Shown: positions 31,391 to 42,887 of the stretch, in pieces
Layout: each line of letters starts with the position of its first letter
Numbering within the stretch: position 1 is the first letter of the stretch
Source of the DNA: Salisapilia sapeloensis CBS 127946
Lineage: Eukaryota > Protista > Oomycota
Direction: 5' to 3'
DNA length: 64,000 nucleotides
Assembly: GCA_023334545.1 (NCBI GenBank)
Contig: JAADVB010000048.1
Coordinates: 29,397-93,396 of the forward strand
The notes under the pieces: model-generated
Seen by the model: only the letters and a program-made list of their open reading frames with translations
The model's database searches: none
Told to the model about the DNA's origin: nothing
Made by a program: the position numbers and the translations under genes

Positions 31391-32486
31391 TTATGCTTTA
31401 CCCAATACGAGGGCTAGCAAAGCCATACGAGTGTACATGCCGTTCTCCATCTGACGAAAGTAGGCAGCACGAGGGTCGGCATCCACCTCCTTTGCGATCT
31501 CATTCACACGAGGGAGAGGATGGAGGATGACCATGGACTCTTTCGCATTCACGATCGTCTCCGGCGTGATGCAGAAACTGTCCTTGACTACGTCGTACTC
31601 GGCCGTCGACTCGAAACGCTCCTTTTGGATGCGAGTGACGTACAAGACGTCACTGTCGTTCACGACAGACTCCAAGTCGGACGTTTCGTACTGCTTGATG
31701 CCTCGTGCGTTGAGTTCATCGACAATGTACGAAGGCATCTTCAGACTTTCAGGAGCAACGTAGTTGATGGTGACGCCGAAGAGAGCCAAGAGACGCGCGA
31801 GCGAGTGCACCGTTCGGCCGTTCTTTAGATCGCCGACCATCGTTACGACTTTACCTTGCAGCGTGTCCAGGTCTCCCACTTCACTGTGGATAGTGTAGAG
31901 GTCCAAGAGCGCTTGCGTCGGGTGCTCACCCACACCGTCGCCAGCATTGAGCACAGGAATGTCCGTCGCCTCGGCAGCTTCAGCAGCGCTGCCTTTAACC
32001 GGATGACGCAGGACGATGGCGTCCGAGTAGCACTGCATGCATCGCATGGTGTCGCTCAAACTCTCCCCTTTCTGCGTACTGGAAGAGCTTTCGTTGACGC
32101 TGACGACGAGCCCTCCGAGACGGAGCATGGCTGCCTGGAAGGAGCAGCTCGTGCGAGTCGACGGCTCATAAAAGACACTTGCGAGTAGCTATCATGATGT
32201 TGTTATTCAACGTCTGAAGACGCATATGGTGTCTTTTAGTGATATTACTTTGCCCTGAAGTAAATCAGAAGCGCCTTGGCTTTTCACCATGGCTTTCATT
32301 TCATCCGCGACATGCACCACGCGTCTACAAATTGTGATCGTTTGAAGGTTATAAAGCGAGTTACGAGATGCAATTTCGTTTGCGACATCGGACGTACTTG
32401 GCACTATCCATGCCGAACTGTTCAATGGAGAGGATGTTCTCCCCAAGCCAACTCCCGGCCGTCGTCTTCGCATCCAATGAAGCCAT
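31391..32486 (-). CDS. Stand-alone aspartate carbamoyltransferase (3 exons)
   Basis: Spliced [68 protein letters not shown]. No fused CPS or DHOase seen. Confidence 0.92.
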
Positions 32487-33494
32487 CTCGTGGTATTTTT
32501 GTTTGTGTCGATCCTGTAAGATTTACCGTTGCAATCGATAGGAATTAGCTTTAAAAAGCGGAAAATTAGCATAAAAGGCAGCGAGATTGTCAAGTGGTAG
32601 GGTCTGCGCTCTATGTGTATCAGATCGAGATCGGGTGTAGTAGGCTATGATATGTCGCTTCCTGGCGCAGTACCCTCGCAGCGTGTTTACAAGAGGGATT
32701 GTGTTGAAAATGGGATCGCCACGTAAGCTTCAAGGATCGGGATAAGATATCGATTCTTTCTACGTAGACGCTTGCTAGAGAGCATGCATACCGACACTCC
32801 AAGGGTGTATACCACACTTGTCAATCTATTGAAGCAGCTGATGCATTTCGCGAGCTCTTCGACGCATCAATCCGAGCTTTTTGATGGCTGGCAAGTCTGA
32901 CGATCCACCCTTTGCACCGTGAAGTTGTAGCCATCAGCTAGACGTGCCCCATCCATGAGATTCATGCCACGCGATGCGCACGCCCGTGGATTCCGCCTCT
33001 AGAGGATTTTAGGAAGAAACTTGGAAAATATATTGACCGTCGACCTCGAGTGAACCTCGAGCAAAAGATTTCAGCAGGATTTCCATCCCTCCTTACTATG
33101 TGTACAGTCACGTAAGCTATACATCCTTCGTTGTACTTGGTTTTTGACTTGCATATGGATACATGTACACCCACTGCGAAAAACCTCACGGTGTCAAGGT
33201 TATTTGTCTCCCGCCTTTTCTCTCGGTTTTAGTATCGAGCGGTTCGAGCCAAACGAAAGGCAAAGCGCGGCGACAATCGGCCCTCCAACCTCCAGACTTG
33301 CCCACGCTTCCGTTCGTCGCACGATCCTGCAGTGAACCCACGACGTGACACTCGGTTCTTACTGTCTTCGCTTTCGACCTTCTCTATCTCGACGCCTTCG
33401 TTTCCACGGCCTGTGTTCCAGCAATCGAGTCAGATCATCTGAACGTGTGTTTTTCGTTTTCAAATAAACATCGCCAAAGAAAAGAAAGAAAACG

Positions 33495-35532
33495 ATGGAC
33501 TCGAATGCCCTCTTTGGCTTTGAGATTGGCAATGGGGATTCACTAGATCTAAATTCACTCGGGCTCTTCGGGAACGCCGAGTCCTCCCCGAACAACGGCG
33601 GCGCGTCCTCCGGAGGACAGGGGGCGAACGCCAATGCCATGCCACTCGATATTGGCGGCGACTCGTTCAACATCTTCTCTGGCCAGAACGAAGAGTTTAC
33701 GTTCGGAGACTCCCCCAACACCAAGACCGATGACGCCAAGCAAGACGATCTACAAAAATACTTGGAGGATGACTCCAAGAGTAAACACGATGCCGCCAAA
33801 TCTGAGGCGCCGAATGCCACCAACGACAATTCGGCCAAAGCTGAAGCATCGGCATCGAATGCCAAGCAAAGTAGCAACTCGGGTATGAATAAACCACCTA
33901 CGTCGGCACCAACACCGACGTCCAATAGTCAGTCGCAACAGCCGAACGCGCGAGCACCGACGCCTACGTCCTCGAACGCATCGTCCGCTCGACCGTCCAT
34001 CTCGACGTCTGCAGCAAACGCATCCACTCGTCCGAGTCAGTCGCAGCAGCCTTCCCAGCGAGCGCAGCAAGAAGCCATGCAACAGCAACAGCAACAGCGG
34101 TATCGGAATATGAATCAACAGCGTCAATCGTACCCGATGAACGTGCCGCAAGGGCAGGCTCAAATGTCCATGGGGATGCCGAATGGGCAGTTCATGCCGC
34201 AGCAAGGTCAGTTCCGACCGCAGTCTTCGTATGAAGAGGAGCTGATGCGTGTCAAGGCCATGGTCCAGCACCACCCGGAGCTCATTCCCCCGCCGATGGA
34301 AGTGCTGCAGATCAGTATGAACTTTGGCGGCGTCCAGCCCAATGCGCAGTACATGCAGCGAGGGCAGATGATGCCGCAAGGGTATCCTCCGAACTACCGC
34401 GGTCCGAATGGATCGATGATGATGCCGCAGAACCCACAAGCTTCTGCTCAAATGCGGTCGATGCAGAATCGGACACCGAGTGGGCAGAGCCAGACGAGTC
34501 AGTCTGGTCGCACGACGTGGCAGTCGGAGAACGATTTGCCACTGCGACGGAAGATGATCGGACGAATGTACGTTTCGTATGCTTGTCTACTCCTATTTGA
34601 CAACAGTATTAATGCGTTTGTGTAGTGTCACGTTGTTGCAACAACGAAAACCGGACGCACCGCAAGAGTGGATCCGAAGGCTGCCGGACATGGCGAGACG
34701 ACTAGAAGATTCCTTATACCGGACGGCGAAAAATCGGGAAGAGTACGGGGACTTCTCATCGCTCAAGACTCGTCTGCAGCATCTAGCTGTGACCATGGGT
34801 GCGCGTGCGAATCACAAGACGAGTGCCGCACCTGTGTCTCGACCCCAAGGCACGCCGCAGCCGAATGCCAGTGCGATGATGGGCGGCATGCCTCCCAACA
34901 TGGGCATGGGCCATCCGCAGATGCCCAACGGCATGTCGCCACAGATGGGAGCTCCGTACGGCAATCGCATGACCCCGCAGATGATGCAGATGATGCAAAA
35001 TCCGCAGATGCGACAACAGCTCAGTCCGGAGCAGATGCAGCAGATGCAGCGAAGGCATGCACAGCAACAGATGCAGATACGACAGGGGCAACAGATGCAG
35101 CAGCAGCAACAACAGCAACAACAACAGCAGCAGCAGCAGCGCAATAGCATGCAGCGATCACAGCAGCGACCTCCATCCAGCCAGCCGCAAGCATCGAACA
35201 CTCAGCGGAACTCGGTGGGGAGCGACCTTGGCGCGGACACGAACAACTTTCTCAACCTGGACCTCTTCGGTGGGGATGACCTGAACGTGGATCCGCACAC
35301 GTCTTTTTTAAACGACATCGGGTCGTCCAACCCGTCTCAAACGTCTGGGAATAAGCGATCCATGCCGGACAGCGGGCAGCAAGGCAACGATATGAAGCGG
35401 TCGAAGAACGACTCGAACGACGGCGGTCGAGGCCAGCAGGCGTCTCCGATGGCGCCGAACCAGCAAGGTTCTGTCCAGAAGGCATCTCCGACAAACGATA
35501 ACTCCAAGTCGGCGCCAGTGAATGCCAAGTAG
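33495..35532 (+). CDS. Gln/Met-rich coactivator-like protein with central KIX (Med15/plant HAC-type) domain (2 exons)
   Basis: WQSENDLPLRRKMIGR|IVTLLQQRKP..LPDMARRLEDSLYRTAKNREEYGDFSSLKTRLQ; intron about 34568-34625. Confidence 0.7.
35095..35139 (+). repeat. CAG/CAA poly-glutamine tract
   Basis: cagcagcagcaacaacagcaacaacaacagcagcagcagcag. Confidence 0.9.
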
Positions 35533-35749
35533 ACACACGCCTTGTGCTCATGGAGAGGACGTTGGAAAGTGTCCTCGTATTAGGAGTCTTACTTTTTTCA
35601 CTTTCGGTGTTGAATATTCCGGGTGCATCTTGGTGCCGTTTTGGATATTTTTACGCAAGTTGTTCCTTTGCTTTGACGTTTAGATGATGATACGACTTGA
35701 ATAGCATGACGAGAGGTATTTGATGGATCAAAACGTTGCTTTCGTTGTA

Positions 35750-36974
35750 TTAAACTAGTGTATCCTCGACTTCTCTTGTCGCTTGTTCGAAGGATGACAG
35801 GTCAATGGATTCTTCCGAATGAGCAGAGTCATCGTGAGCTATCGGTTGCAACGCAGCTTCTCGACGAGTGCGCTCGAGAGCTCGTAGGACAGATCGACCG
35901 AGACTAGCTTTGTAGGTTAGAATCTAGTTTGGAAAGTTATGAGAGTACGAGTACCTTCGAGCGGACGGATCGTCTGCCATGTGCGCGTTTAGTAGCATCC
36001 TTCGTCGATACGCGGTGATTAATACGGGAAACGAGTTGGATAAGTCGCCCAACTTGCCTGCTTGCAAGTCGTCAAACAGCTTCACAACAGGATTCGCATT
36101 ATCATCTTCGCTGTGTGAGGTTTCCGGTCGGTTTCCACCTTGACTACTTGGACGTTCAGGTATCCGAGGTGGCTGAGGTCGATGCTGATGATGGGAAGCT
36201 GGTCGCTTCAAGTGCTTTGGCGCATGCAGCGGTGAGCGTGCTGCGGTATTTAGCTGTGACTTGCGCTGCAGAGGATTCTTACGGGAATCCATCAAGCTAA
36301 TAAATTCATTAAATGTGACTTCGCCGGTGCCATCTCTATCGACTGCAGCAATTAACGTACGGACATCATCTCGACAACGAGCGAGACCGACGGACACGAG
36401 TGGGTCTTCTAACTCATCTAGTCCGACTTCACCCGACCCATCCGTGTCGAGAGAGTCAAACCAGCGGCGAAGTATCGTCATCTTGGTTCGAGCTTCCTTG
36501 AATGATGTGGGCTTGCCATGCTTCCCAAGCCATCGATGCTCGAACCATTTCTGATCCTCGACATTCGTTTGGCCTCGAATCTCATCCTCTTCTGTGTCCG
36601 GATCCTCGCCCTCGGTATCACTTTCCACATCCCACGATGATGTCGCGACAAAAGTACCAGACCTCCTTGGTCGCTGCTGTGGTATTATGGATGACTTTGG
36701 TGGTGTCGTCAATGAATCCTGTCGTAGTCGAGTACAAATGCGCGGCGAGATCTATCGTCACTTTATACGTCAAGTCAAGTAGTTGAATGTAGACATCAAA
36801 ACGTACGATTCGGGAATTTGGAAGAGAGCTCGTATTCTGCTTTGAACGTGGTGAAAGCCACGGCGGTCGATGCTGTATTACACTCCTACCTTCAGCTATA
36901 GACGCCCTAGTGTCAATTTTTGCCGGAACCATATTATGGCTCCGGGGAGACCGTGGTGAAGGTGTGGTAAACAT
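35750..36974 (-). CDS. EF-hand calcium-binding protein (2 EF-hands, 3 exons)
   Basis: DSLDTDGSGEVGLDEL and VDRDGTGEVTFNEF. Short introns join ORF 36618..36974, ORF 35924..36712 and a last exon ending TAA at 35750. Confidence 0.75.
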
Positions 36975-37112
36975 GTACTTGCTAGAGCTGTAAACGCACG
37001 TCTGAGCTCTTCCTCTTACCGCAATTGACTAGTGTAGCAATCATCCCTCACTTCCTTAGGCAAACAAGACAAATCAAATCTATTTATAAATGGTACATTC
37101 CATTTATTATCT

Positions 37113-39134
37113 TCATTCCTCTTTCTCGTCGTCATCCCTCTTCTGCTTGTTCCGCTGTTTGGTCTGTTGAATCTTATGTCGCTTCTTTAAATCATACCCG
37201 GATACAGTGCTGATGCGATGGCGTTGTGGTGGTGCCTTCAACAACTTCTTTCGTTTCTCTCCACTCCGTTTCTTGATCCGAAGCATCCAATCTGGAACGT
37301 CACAACCAGATTGCTTCATCACATTCGCAATCGATCGCAAGTACACCATATCCTCTTCCGTGAAGAATGTCACCGCTTTACCCGTTCGTCCACCTCGACC
37401 TGTTCGACCGATGCGATGGATGTAGCTCACTGCACTCTGAGGAAAGTCATAGTTGATGACCATGTTCACCGCTCGAAAGTCCATACCACGACTCATTAAG
37501 TCAGTACAAATGAGCAGCCAAACTTCTCCCACTCGGAACTTGCGGATCGTGTCGTCTCGCTGTTCTTTGCTCCGATCGGCATGCACCACACCAACACGCA
37601 GTCCGTCATAGATCAGTTCCTGATACAACTGTTTCGCTCGGTCTTTATCTTGGACAAAGAGCAAGCACGGTACCTGCAGTCCTTCCTGAGCTAGCTGTCT
37701 CATGGCGACTAGTTTACCTTCTTCCTTTCCGACGAATAGGAGCTTTTGATCGATAGATGCAGCTCCAGCGTTCTTCTGTCCAATCACGACCTTAATCGGA
37801 TCTCGTAGGACCGATTGAGCCATTTCCTCTACGCCTTCTGGCATCGTTGCACTGAACAAGACGCGCTGGACACTCTTGTTCGTGCAGGCAGCAAGGACTG
37901 TGTCAATCTGCTCCACGAAACCCATCTCGAACAACCGATCGGCCTCATCAAGACACACAATCTCGACACTAGCTAACGATAAAGAAGTGGACTCTAGTAG
38001 ATGCACAAGACGCAGTGGAGTAGCAATGAGAACATCGTGGGAAACCACTTGGTCACTGCTGACTTGTGACGCCAAAGTCGATGAGGTCGCTTTCGACAGT
38101 AGCAGCAAATGGAAGCGACGGCCGGCAGACAGTCGCTTGAATTCGCCATGGATCTGGACTGCGAGCTCTCGCGTCGGGACCATGACGATGCTACGAATAC
38201 CCTGAGGCTTTTCGTCGACGGAGCCAAGGTGGGCGAGCATAGGAATGGCGAATGCAGCTGTCTTACCAGAGCCTGTGGGGGCAACAGCTACTAGGTCTTG
38301 ATGCTGTAGCATGACAGGGATTGCCTGCATCTGCACTGGCGTCGGTTCCTTGTATTCGGACGCTTCGATATTCTTTAGCAGTACGGATTTCATATTTTTA
38401 TAACGCTTCGGAGGAAGCTGCATAGATGAAAAGTCTGCGATAGGCGCAGGAACGTGCGTGTTGTACACTCGAATGCCCATTTGCTTTCGAAAGGTAGCGA
38501 CAGCCTCCTTCTCATTGACTGCCGAATCATCCTCCTGCTTAGCTGTGTCATTCGGTACGGACGAGTCATCTTTTTGGAATAGATGAACATCGTCTTCGTT
38601 GTCGGAATCGTTCTCCTTGGGTTCCTCCATGCTGGAATTGGAGACTTCACTTGTAATCGATTCACTTCGTGTTTTCTTTTTCCCCTTCTTGCTTTTCGTT
38701 TTCTTTTTCCCAGACTTGTCTGCTTTCTCTCCTTCCTTCGATGCAAGCGATTTGGACGCTAGCTGTCGCTCCTCCTCCTCTAATCTTGCCTCCTCTTCAG
38801 CACCTGCACTAAGCTTTCTACGACGTCGTGGGCCACTGCCTTCATGTTTCTTTTTCTTCGGCTTTTTCTCATCCTTGCTCTCCTTTTCATTTCCAGCCCA
38901 GTGGGGAATATGCTCCTCACTCATCGTCCTTTTCCGCTTCCGCTCATGTTTTTCAGGCTTGGATGCAGCAGCATTAAAACCAAAGAAGTCTAGTGGATCA
39001 TGCTTCGACGTTGCAGCTGATGTATTGGCAGTACGACCACCATTTCCTTGCTTAAAGACGCTGACATCCTTTTGAAAACGCTTTTTATCGAATTTCGCAC
39101 CCTGTGTAAGTGCTCCAAAGAATGAACTGGACAT
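37113..39134 (-). CDS. DDX52: DEAD-box RNA helicase DDX52/Rok1
   Basis: EPTPVQMQAIP, APTGSGKT, PTRELA, DEAD, LFSAT, GKEEGKLVAMRQ, YIHRIGRTGRGG. Confidence 0.93.
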   Translation of the reverse strand: MSSSFFGALTQGAKFDKKRFQKDVSVFKQGNGGRTANTSAATSKHDPLDFFGFNAAASKPEKHERKRKRTMSEEHIPHWAGNEKESKDEKKPKKKKHEGSGPRRRRKLSAGAEEEARLEEEERQLASKSLASKEGEKADKSGKKKTKSKKGKKKTRSESITSEVSNSSMEEPKENDSDNEDDVHLFQKDDSSVPNDTAKQEDDSAVNEKEAVATFRKQMGIRVYNTHVPAPIADFSSMQLPPKRYKNMKSVLLKNIEASEYKEPTPVQMQAIPVMLQHQDLVAVAPTGSGKTAAFAIPMLAHLGSVDEKPQGIRSIVMVPTRELAVQIHGEFKRLSAGRRFHLLLLSKATSSTLASQVSSDQVVSHDVLIATPLRLVHLLESTSLSLASVEIVCLDEADRLFEMGFVEQIDTVLAACTNKSVQRVLFSATMPEGVEEMAQSVLRDPIKVVIGQKNAGAASIDQKLLFVGKEEGKLVAMRQLAQEGLQVPCLLFVQDKDRAKQLYQELIYDGLRVGVVHADRSKEQRDDTIRKFRVGEVWLLICTDLMSRGMDFRAVNMVINYDFPQSAVSYIHRIGRTGRGGRTGKAVTFFTEEDMVYLRSIANVMKQSGCDVPDWMLRIKKRSGEKRKKLLKAPPQRHRISTVSGYDLKKRHKIQQTKQRNKQKRDDDEKEE

Positions 39135-39301
39135 GCTGAGGTAAAATTAAGGATATGGGTCACTTGTAATGTAGTTAAACGGTTTAAAGACAAGTCAAGA
39201 AGTCGAATAGACGGAGGAAGAGGTCCAATTCGTCCTGATGCTACTTGTTGTTTTTGTTGGTTGCTAAAATGTGTGGCAATTCATAGAGGCTATGTAGGTT
39301 A

Positions 39302-40985
39302 CTATATCGTTTCTTGATCTACCAGCAAGCGCAGGATTTCCGCTTCTGAATATTCTTTTCCAAGTAGTCGCTTCTCGATTCGTGTCTTGACTTGATCATG
39401 CTTGAAAGTCCAATGTCAGTATATGTTATAGTATAGTAAATACGGATGAGTACCGTTGCCATTGTACGAAGAACTGCTGCTGCTGCTTTCTGAATGGATG
39501 ACTCTGAATGGCACAGGAAGTTGATGATGGTATCAAGCATACCTAGCGTCTGAATAACTTCATTGCTTCCTTCCAAAGATGTGCAAATGTCGGTGAGAGC
39601 TTTTAGTGCTTTGATCGTCTGATCACCATCTTTGCATAAGATAGGGTAAATCCCTGGAGCACACTTAACTCCAAGAACTCGTACAAGCACATGTCTATCA
39701 TGCACCAGTGCACTTGTAAATGCGTCGATACCTCCTGGGGCTTCACAAGCCGAGTTGATTGCAATACTAGCATTTTCCTGCACTGCTGAGTTGTCATAAA
39801 ACATGCATCTAGCTAATGGTGGTGCACCAGAGTTAACTATACGCGGCTTTGCGGATTCGGATGTAGAAAGGTTCATCACCGCTCCGGTAGTCCGACGTAG
39901 CAAGTCGCTTTGTATCCCGTTATCACACTTCACTTTGCCATCTAGTAACTTGGAGATCAATCGAAGACAGATTTCGACACCTTGAAAATAGATTATTTCT
40001 CCTTTTCCTTGGTTATAGATAGCAGCGTTGCCGATGATTTTGATTGCATTCAAAAGTATATCGACTGGGTACAAGACGGGTTTCTGGAGTATCGCCAATA
40101 AAGGCTGGACGACTGGAAGTTTCTCACACATTTGCGCTCCTTCCCGCTTCCTCGTCGTGTTCGCGACAACCTCGAGTACTATTCTCAACTGGTCGCTAGA
40201 GTCGGAACGGGAACCTACATCTTCTGTAATCATAGACGCGAGCTTCTCTAGAGTCCCATGTTGGAGACCAAGAAGGACGGCACCGTCATCTGGGATAATT
40301 AGGTTTTGAAAGATCATGCACGCGGCGATGACAACTTCTTCGTTCTCATCAGAAAGCAATTTTGTTGCTGACTCGATGATTGCTTCCTTCCTCGAGGCTG
40401 TGCTCGTCTCCTACTGGACATTAGTTTCAGGTTTTTGTGATGAAAACAGTTGAGCATACGGGCTCTGCAAGTACGAGAGACGATAAAACCATCGCAGCTC
40501 GGTACCGAATAGCAGGTGATATCGATTCCGTAAGATGAATGCATGATGAAAGAATGCTTCGCTGAATAGCAGTAAACTTCATCTCCTATCATACGATAAC
40601 GTTTTTACATGTGTATCTATTATCAAGTGGAAATAGGCACTACCTGAATGTTTAAGAACTCATACACGTCAATCAAAGCCTGAACTCGGTCATCTTCGCA
40701 GACTTCAAACATTGCTAGAAGCTCTGCATACTTTTCTAGAGCTCTCGAACCGAAAGCTCGTGAAGACTGAAAAGGTAATATTCATTAGATCGAGTCTTCA
40801 TATCTATCAAGTAGATTGGAACGAAAAGACATGGACACCTCTTCTGGATTGTACGAGTCTTTAAATGACGGGTCCGTGTAAGGATGGCGATCGCAAAGGT
40901 GGTCACTATGAACGTCAATAAAGCATGATATGACTGTATTCATCACTTAAACGATCCACTCGTCAACCTACCTGACTCGATGCAT
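39302..40985 (-). CDS. RSPH14: Armadillo-repeat protein, radial spoke head 14 (RSPH14/RTDR1)-like, multi-exon
   Basis: N-terminal RAFGSRALEKYAELL resembles RSPH14 (A.AYG.RALPKL), followed by ARM repeats (IIGNAAIYNQGK, TTGAVMNLSTSESAK). Confidence 0.6.
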
Positions 40986-41378
40986 GGCGAATGTCTGGGC
41001 TTGGACGCAGAAGAACAAGAAAACAAACAAGCGAATTGATGAAAGCATATAAATAGCATTTAATCTTATCTAGGATCTCTCAGAAATGCTCCTTCGTCAA
41101 AAGGAGTTGTAAAACGTCTTTCGATCACAGAGCTACCAACATCGCTGCTGGCAACATATTCAGTCCGCCCGACGCAATAGATATCTTCATCGAGAGTGCA
41201 TAGCAATCTATCTACAGCCTGCATCAACATGAGTACCGAAAGGCACTCTTTGTCTTGACAAGCAAATCCGATTATGATGATCTCTTCGTTGGCTCAGAAT
41301 CATTTCTATCTAATTGGTTGAAAATACATGTATCTTTAACAGATGCGATCTACATTTCAGCACAACTTCAAGAACCAG

Positions 41379-42761
41379 TCATTTGTCTGGAAGCAGCACG
41401 CCCCATTCCCATTCATATTCCCACGCCCATGCATGCCAGTTCCAAGGTCGGTTAGGATCGTTGCTCAATTTGGCAAAATGGCTGTCGTAAAGACTTATGA
41501 GTTCACGCAGTGGCCGCCGTCGAGGCAGATCTGCAATCTTCCATTGAATGATGTCTGATTGCCATGGGATCGGTGCATTCCAGTATTCTTCAATGAGTTT
41601 GTCGAAAAACCTCGATTCTTCAATGGAAACGGGCTGTACAACCGAATGCGCAAGTTGCAAAGCCTGACGAGCTTGTACTCTTTGCTTCCCTTCGTTCTCT
41701 TCTTGTTGCGTCGCTCGATCTAGTTCATCTGCTATCGCACTCGCCCGAGTCGTCCAAGCTTCTATCAATAGTTCCAGAAAAGCGTCAACATCTACCTTGG
41801 GAGAGTTGTTCAGTAATGCGTTCCGAGATATGGTTGCAAGATTCACAGCAGCAGTTTGTAGCTCATTAATAGAATTTGCCGGCCATGCTGCACAGGTGTG
41901 AAGCTCCTGCATGTGGGTCATCCAGAATTCAAAATGCCAGTAGTATGCCAGCGTAGGGTCTCTCTTCATAAACAAATCCGATATAACTTTATTTACAACG
42001 CTTTGGGCGACGCTGAATTGGTAAAACACCACGTCGATCGGATCTGCGTTTCCAGCCTGTCGATGCATCTGCGCAACTTTACACTTGTGAAGGTAGTGGA
42101 CCAAGTGGTAGAATAAAAAGCTCTTCTCTGGTATGTTATAGCTACTGTCTAATCCACAGAGAGAGCCAAAGAGACGAACTCGCGGTTGAGAAGCTGTGAG
42201 CTGGACAGTCATCACGACACTTTGTATTTGTTCGATGGCAGCGCGATGGCTCGATGCGCGTCCAGCGATAAAACGAGCAACACTTTCCGGAAAACTCTCT
42301 TTTAATCCGGCAGATTCCAGAGCTATATTCATTGGAAGAGTATCAGGCTTTGGCGCAGGTATCTTCTGAATACCTTGCTCATAGATGTCCACAATGAGTG
42401 AAAGTAGCAATGTGATGTGCATCCGCTTATCGCTTTTTGTCCCAGCTGAACGATCCGCTTGAACTAAGGACAGCGTTGGTTTATACTGCAGCAATGGATT
42501 GGAAATTGGTCTCCTCCACGCTCGTACCCGTTTACAGCACTGTAGTAACCGCTCTTGCTGGACAATATCCTCTCGCTCGTATGTGACAGAGCCAGGTAGC
42601 TTGTTGCTTCCATTCGTACCATGTAAACACGGTAGGCTCCGGAATAGATTCTTTTCTTTCGTAAAGTGATGTTGAAACTCTTGGCGAGAGCGTTCGAGTG
42701 ATGCCTTCAGCGTAAAATGGCGAGCTTCGGCCTTGGAGCGGGTGATCGAATCGAGGGTCAT
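41379..42761 (-). CDS. Hypothetical helical protein, about 460 aa (3' end uncertain)
   Basis: Long uninterrupted ORF; no family recognised. Confidence 0.6.
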   Translation of the reverse strand: MTLDSITRSKAEARHFTLKASLERSRQEFQHHFTKEKNLFRSLPCLHGTNGSNKLPGSVTYEREDIVQQERLLQCCKRVRAWRRPISNPLLQYKPTLSLVQADRSAGTKSDKRMHITLLLSLIVDIYEQGIQKIPAPKPDTLPMNIALESAGLKESFPESVARFIAGRASSHRAAIEQIQSVVMTVQLTASQPRVRLFGSLCGLDSSYNIPEKSFLFYHLVHYLHKCKVAQMHRQAGNADPIDVVFYQFSVAQSVVNKVISDLFMKRDPTLAYYWHFEFWMTHMQELHTCAAWPANSINELQTAAVNLATISRNALLNNSPKVDVDAFLELLIEAWTTRASAIADELDRATQQEENEGKQRVQARQALQLAHSVVQPVSIEESRFFDKLIEEYWNAPIPWQSDIIQWKIADLPRRRPLRELISLYDSHFAKLSNDPNRPWNWHAWAWEYEWEWGVLLPDK

Positions 42762-42887
42762 GGAAGTAAGTAGAATACGAGAGTTTATAAGAGATTGCTA
42801 CTTTCACGACGATACCTATAAATATCCTACGCCACACAACCATTGTAGAAAAATTCGTTCATAGGATTTCAATGTTGTAGAACGAAT

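Noticed and set aside
32600-33200. Possible decayed ankyrin-like fragments on the minus strand (NEGC, ARGSLEV, MDGA, WLQLHG)
   Set aside because: Fragments lie in different frames with stops; too weak without a search. No CPS/DHOase exons linking to ATCase were found either.
33225-33255. GGTTCGAGCC B-box-like sequence
   Set aside because: No cloverleaf or A-box context.
34812-35201. Minus-strand ORF with a long poly-Cys run (metallothionein-like look)
   Set aside because: Reverse complement of the CAG/CAA poly-Gln tract.
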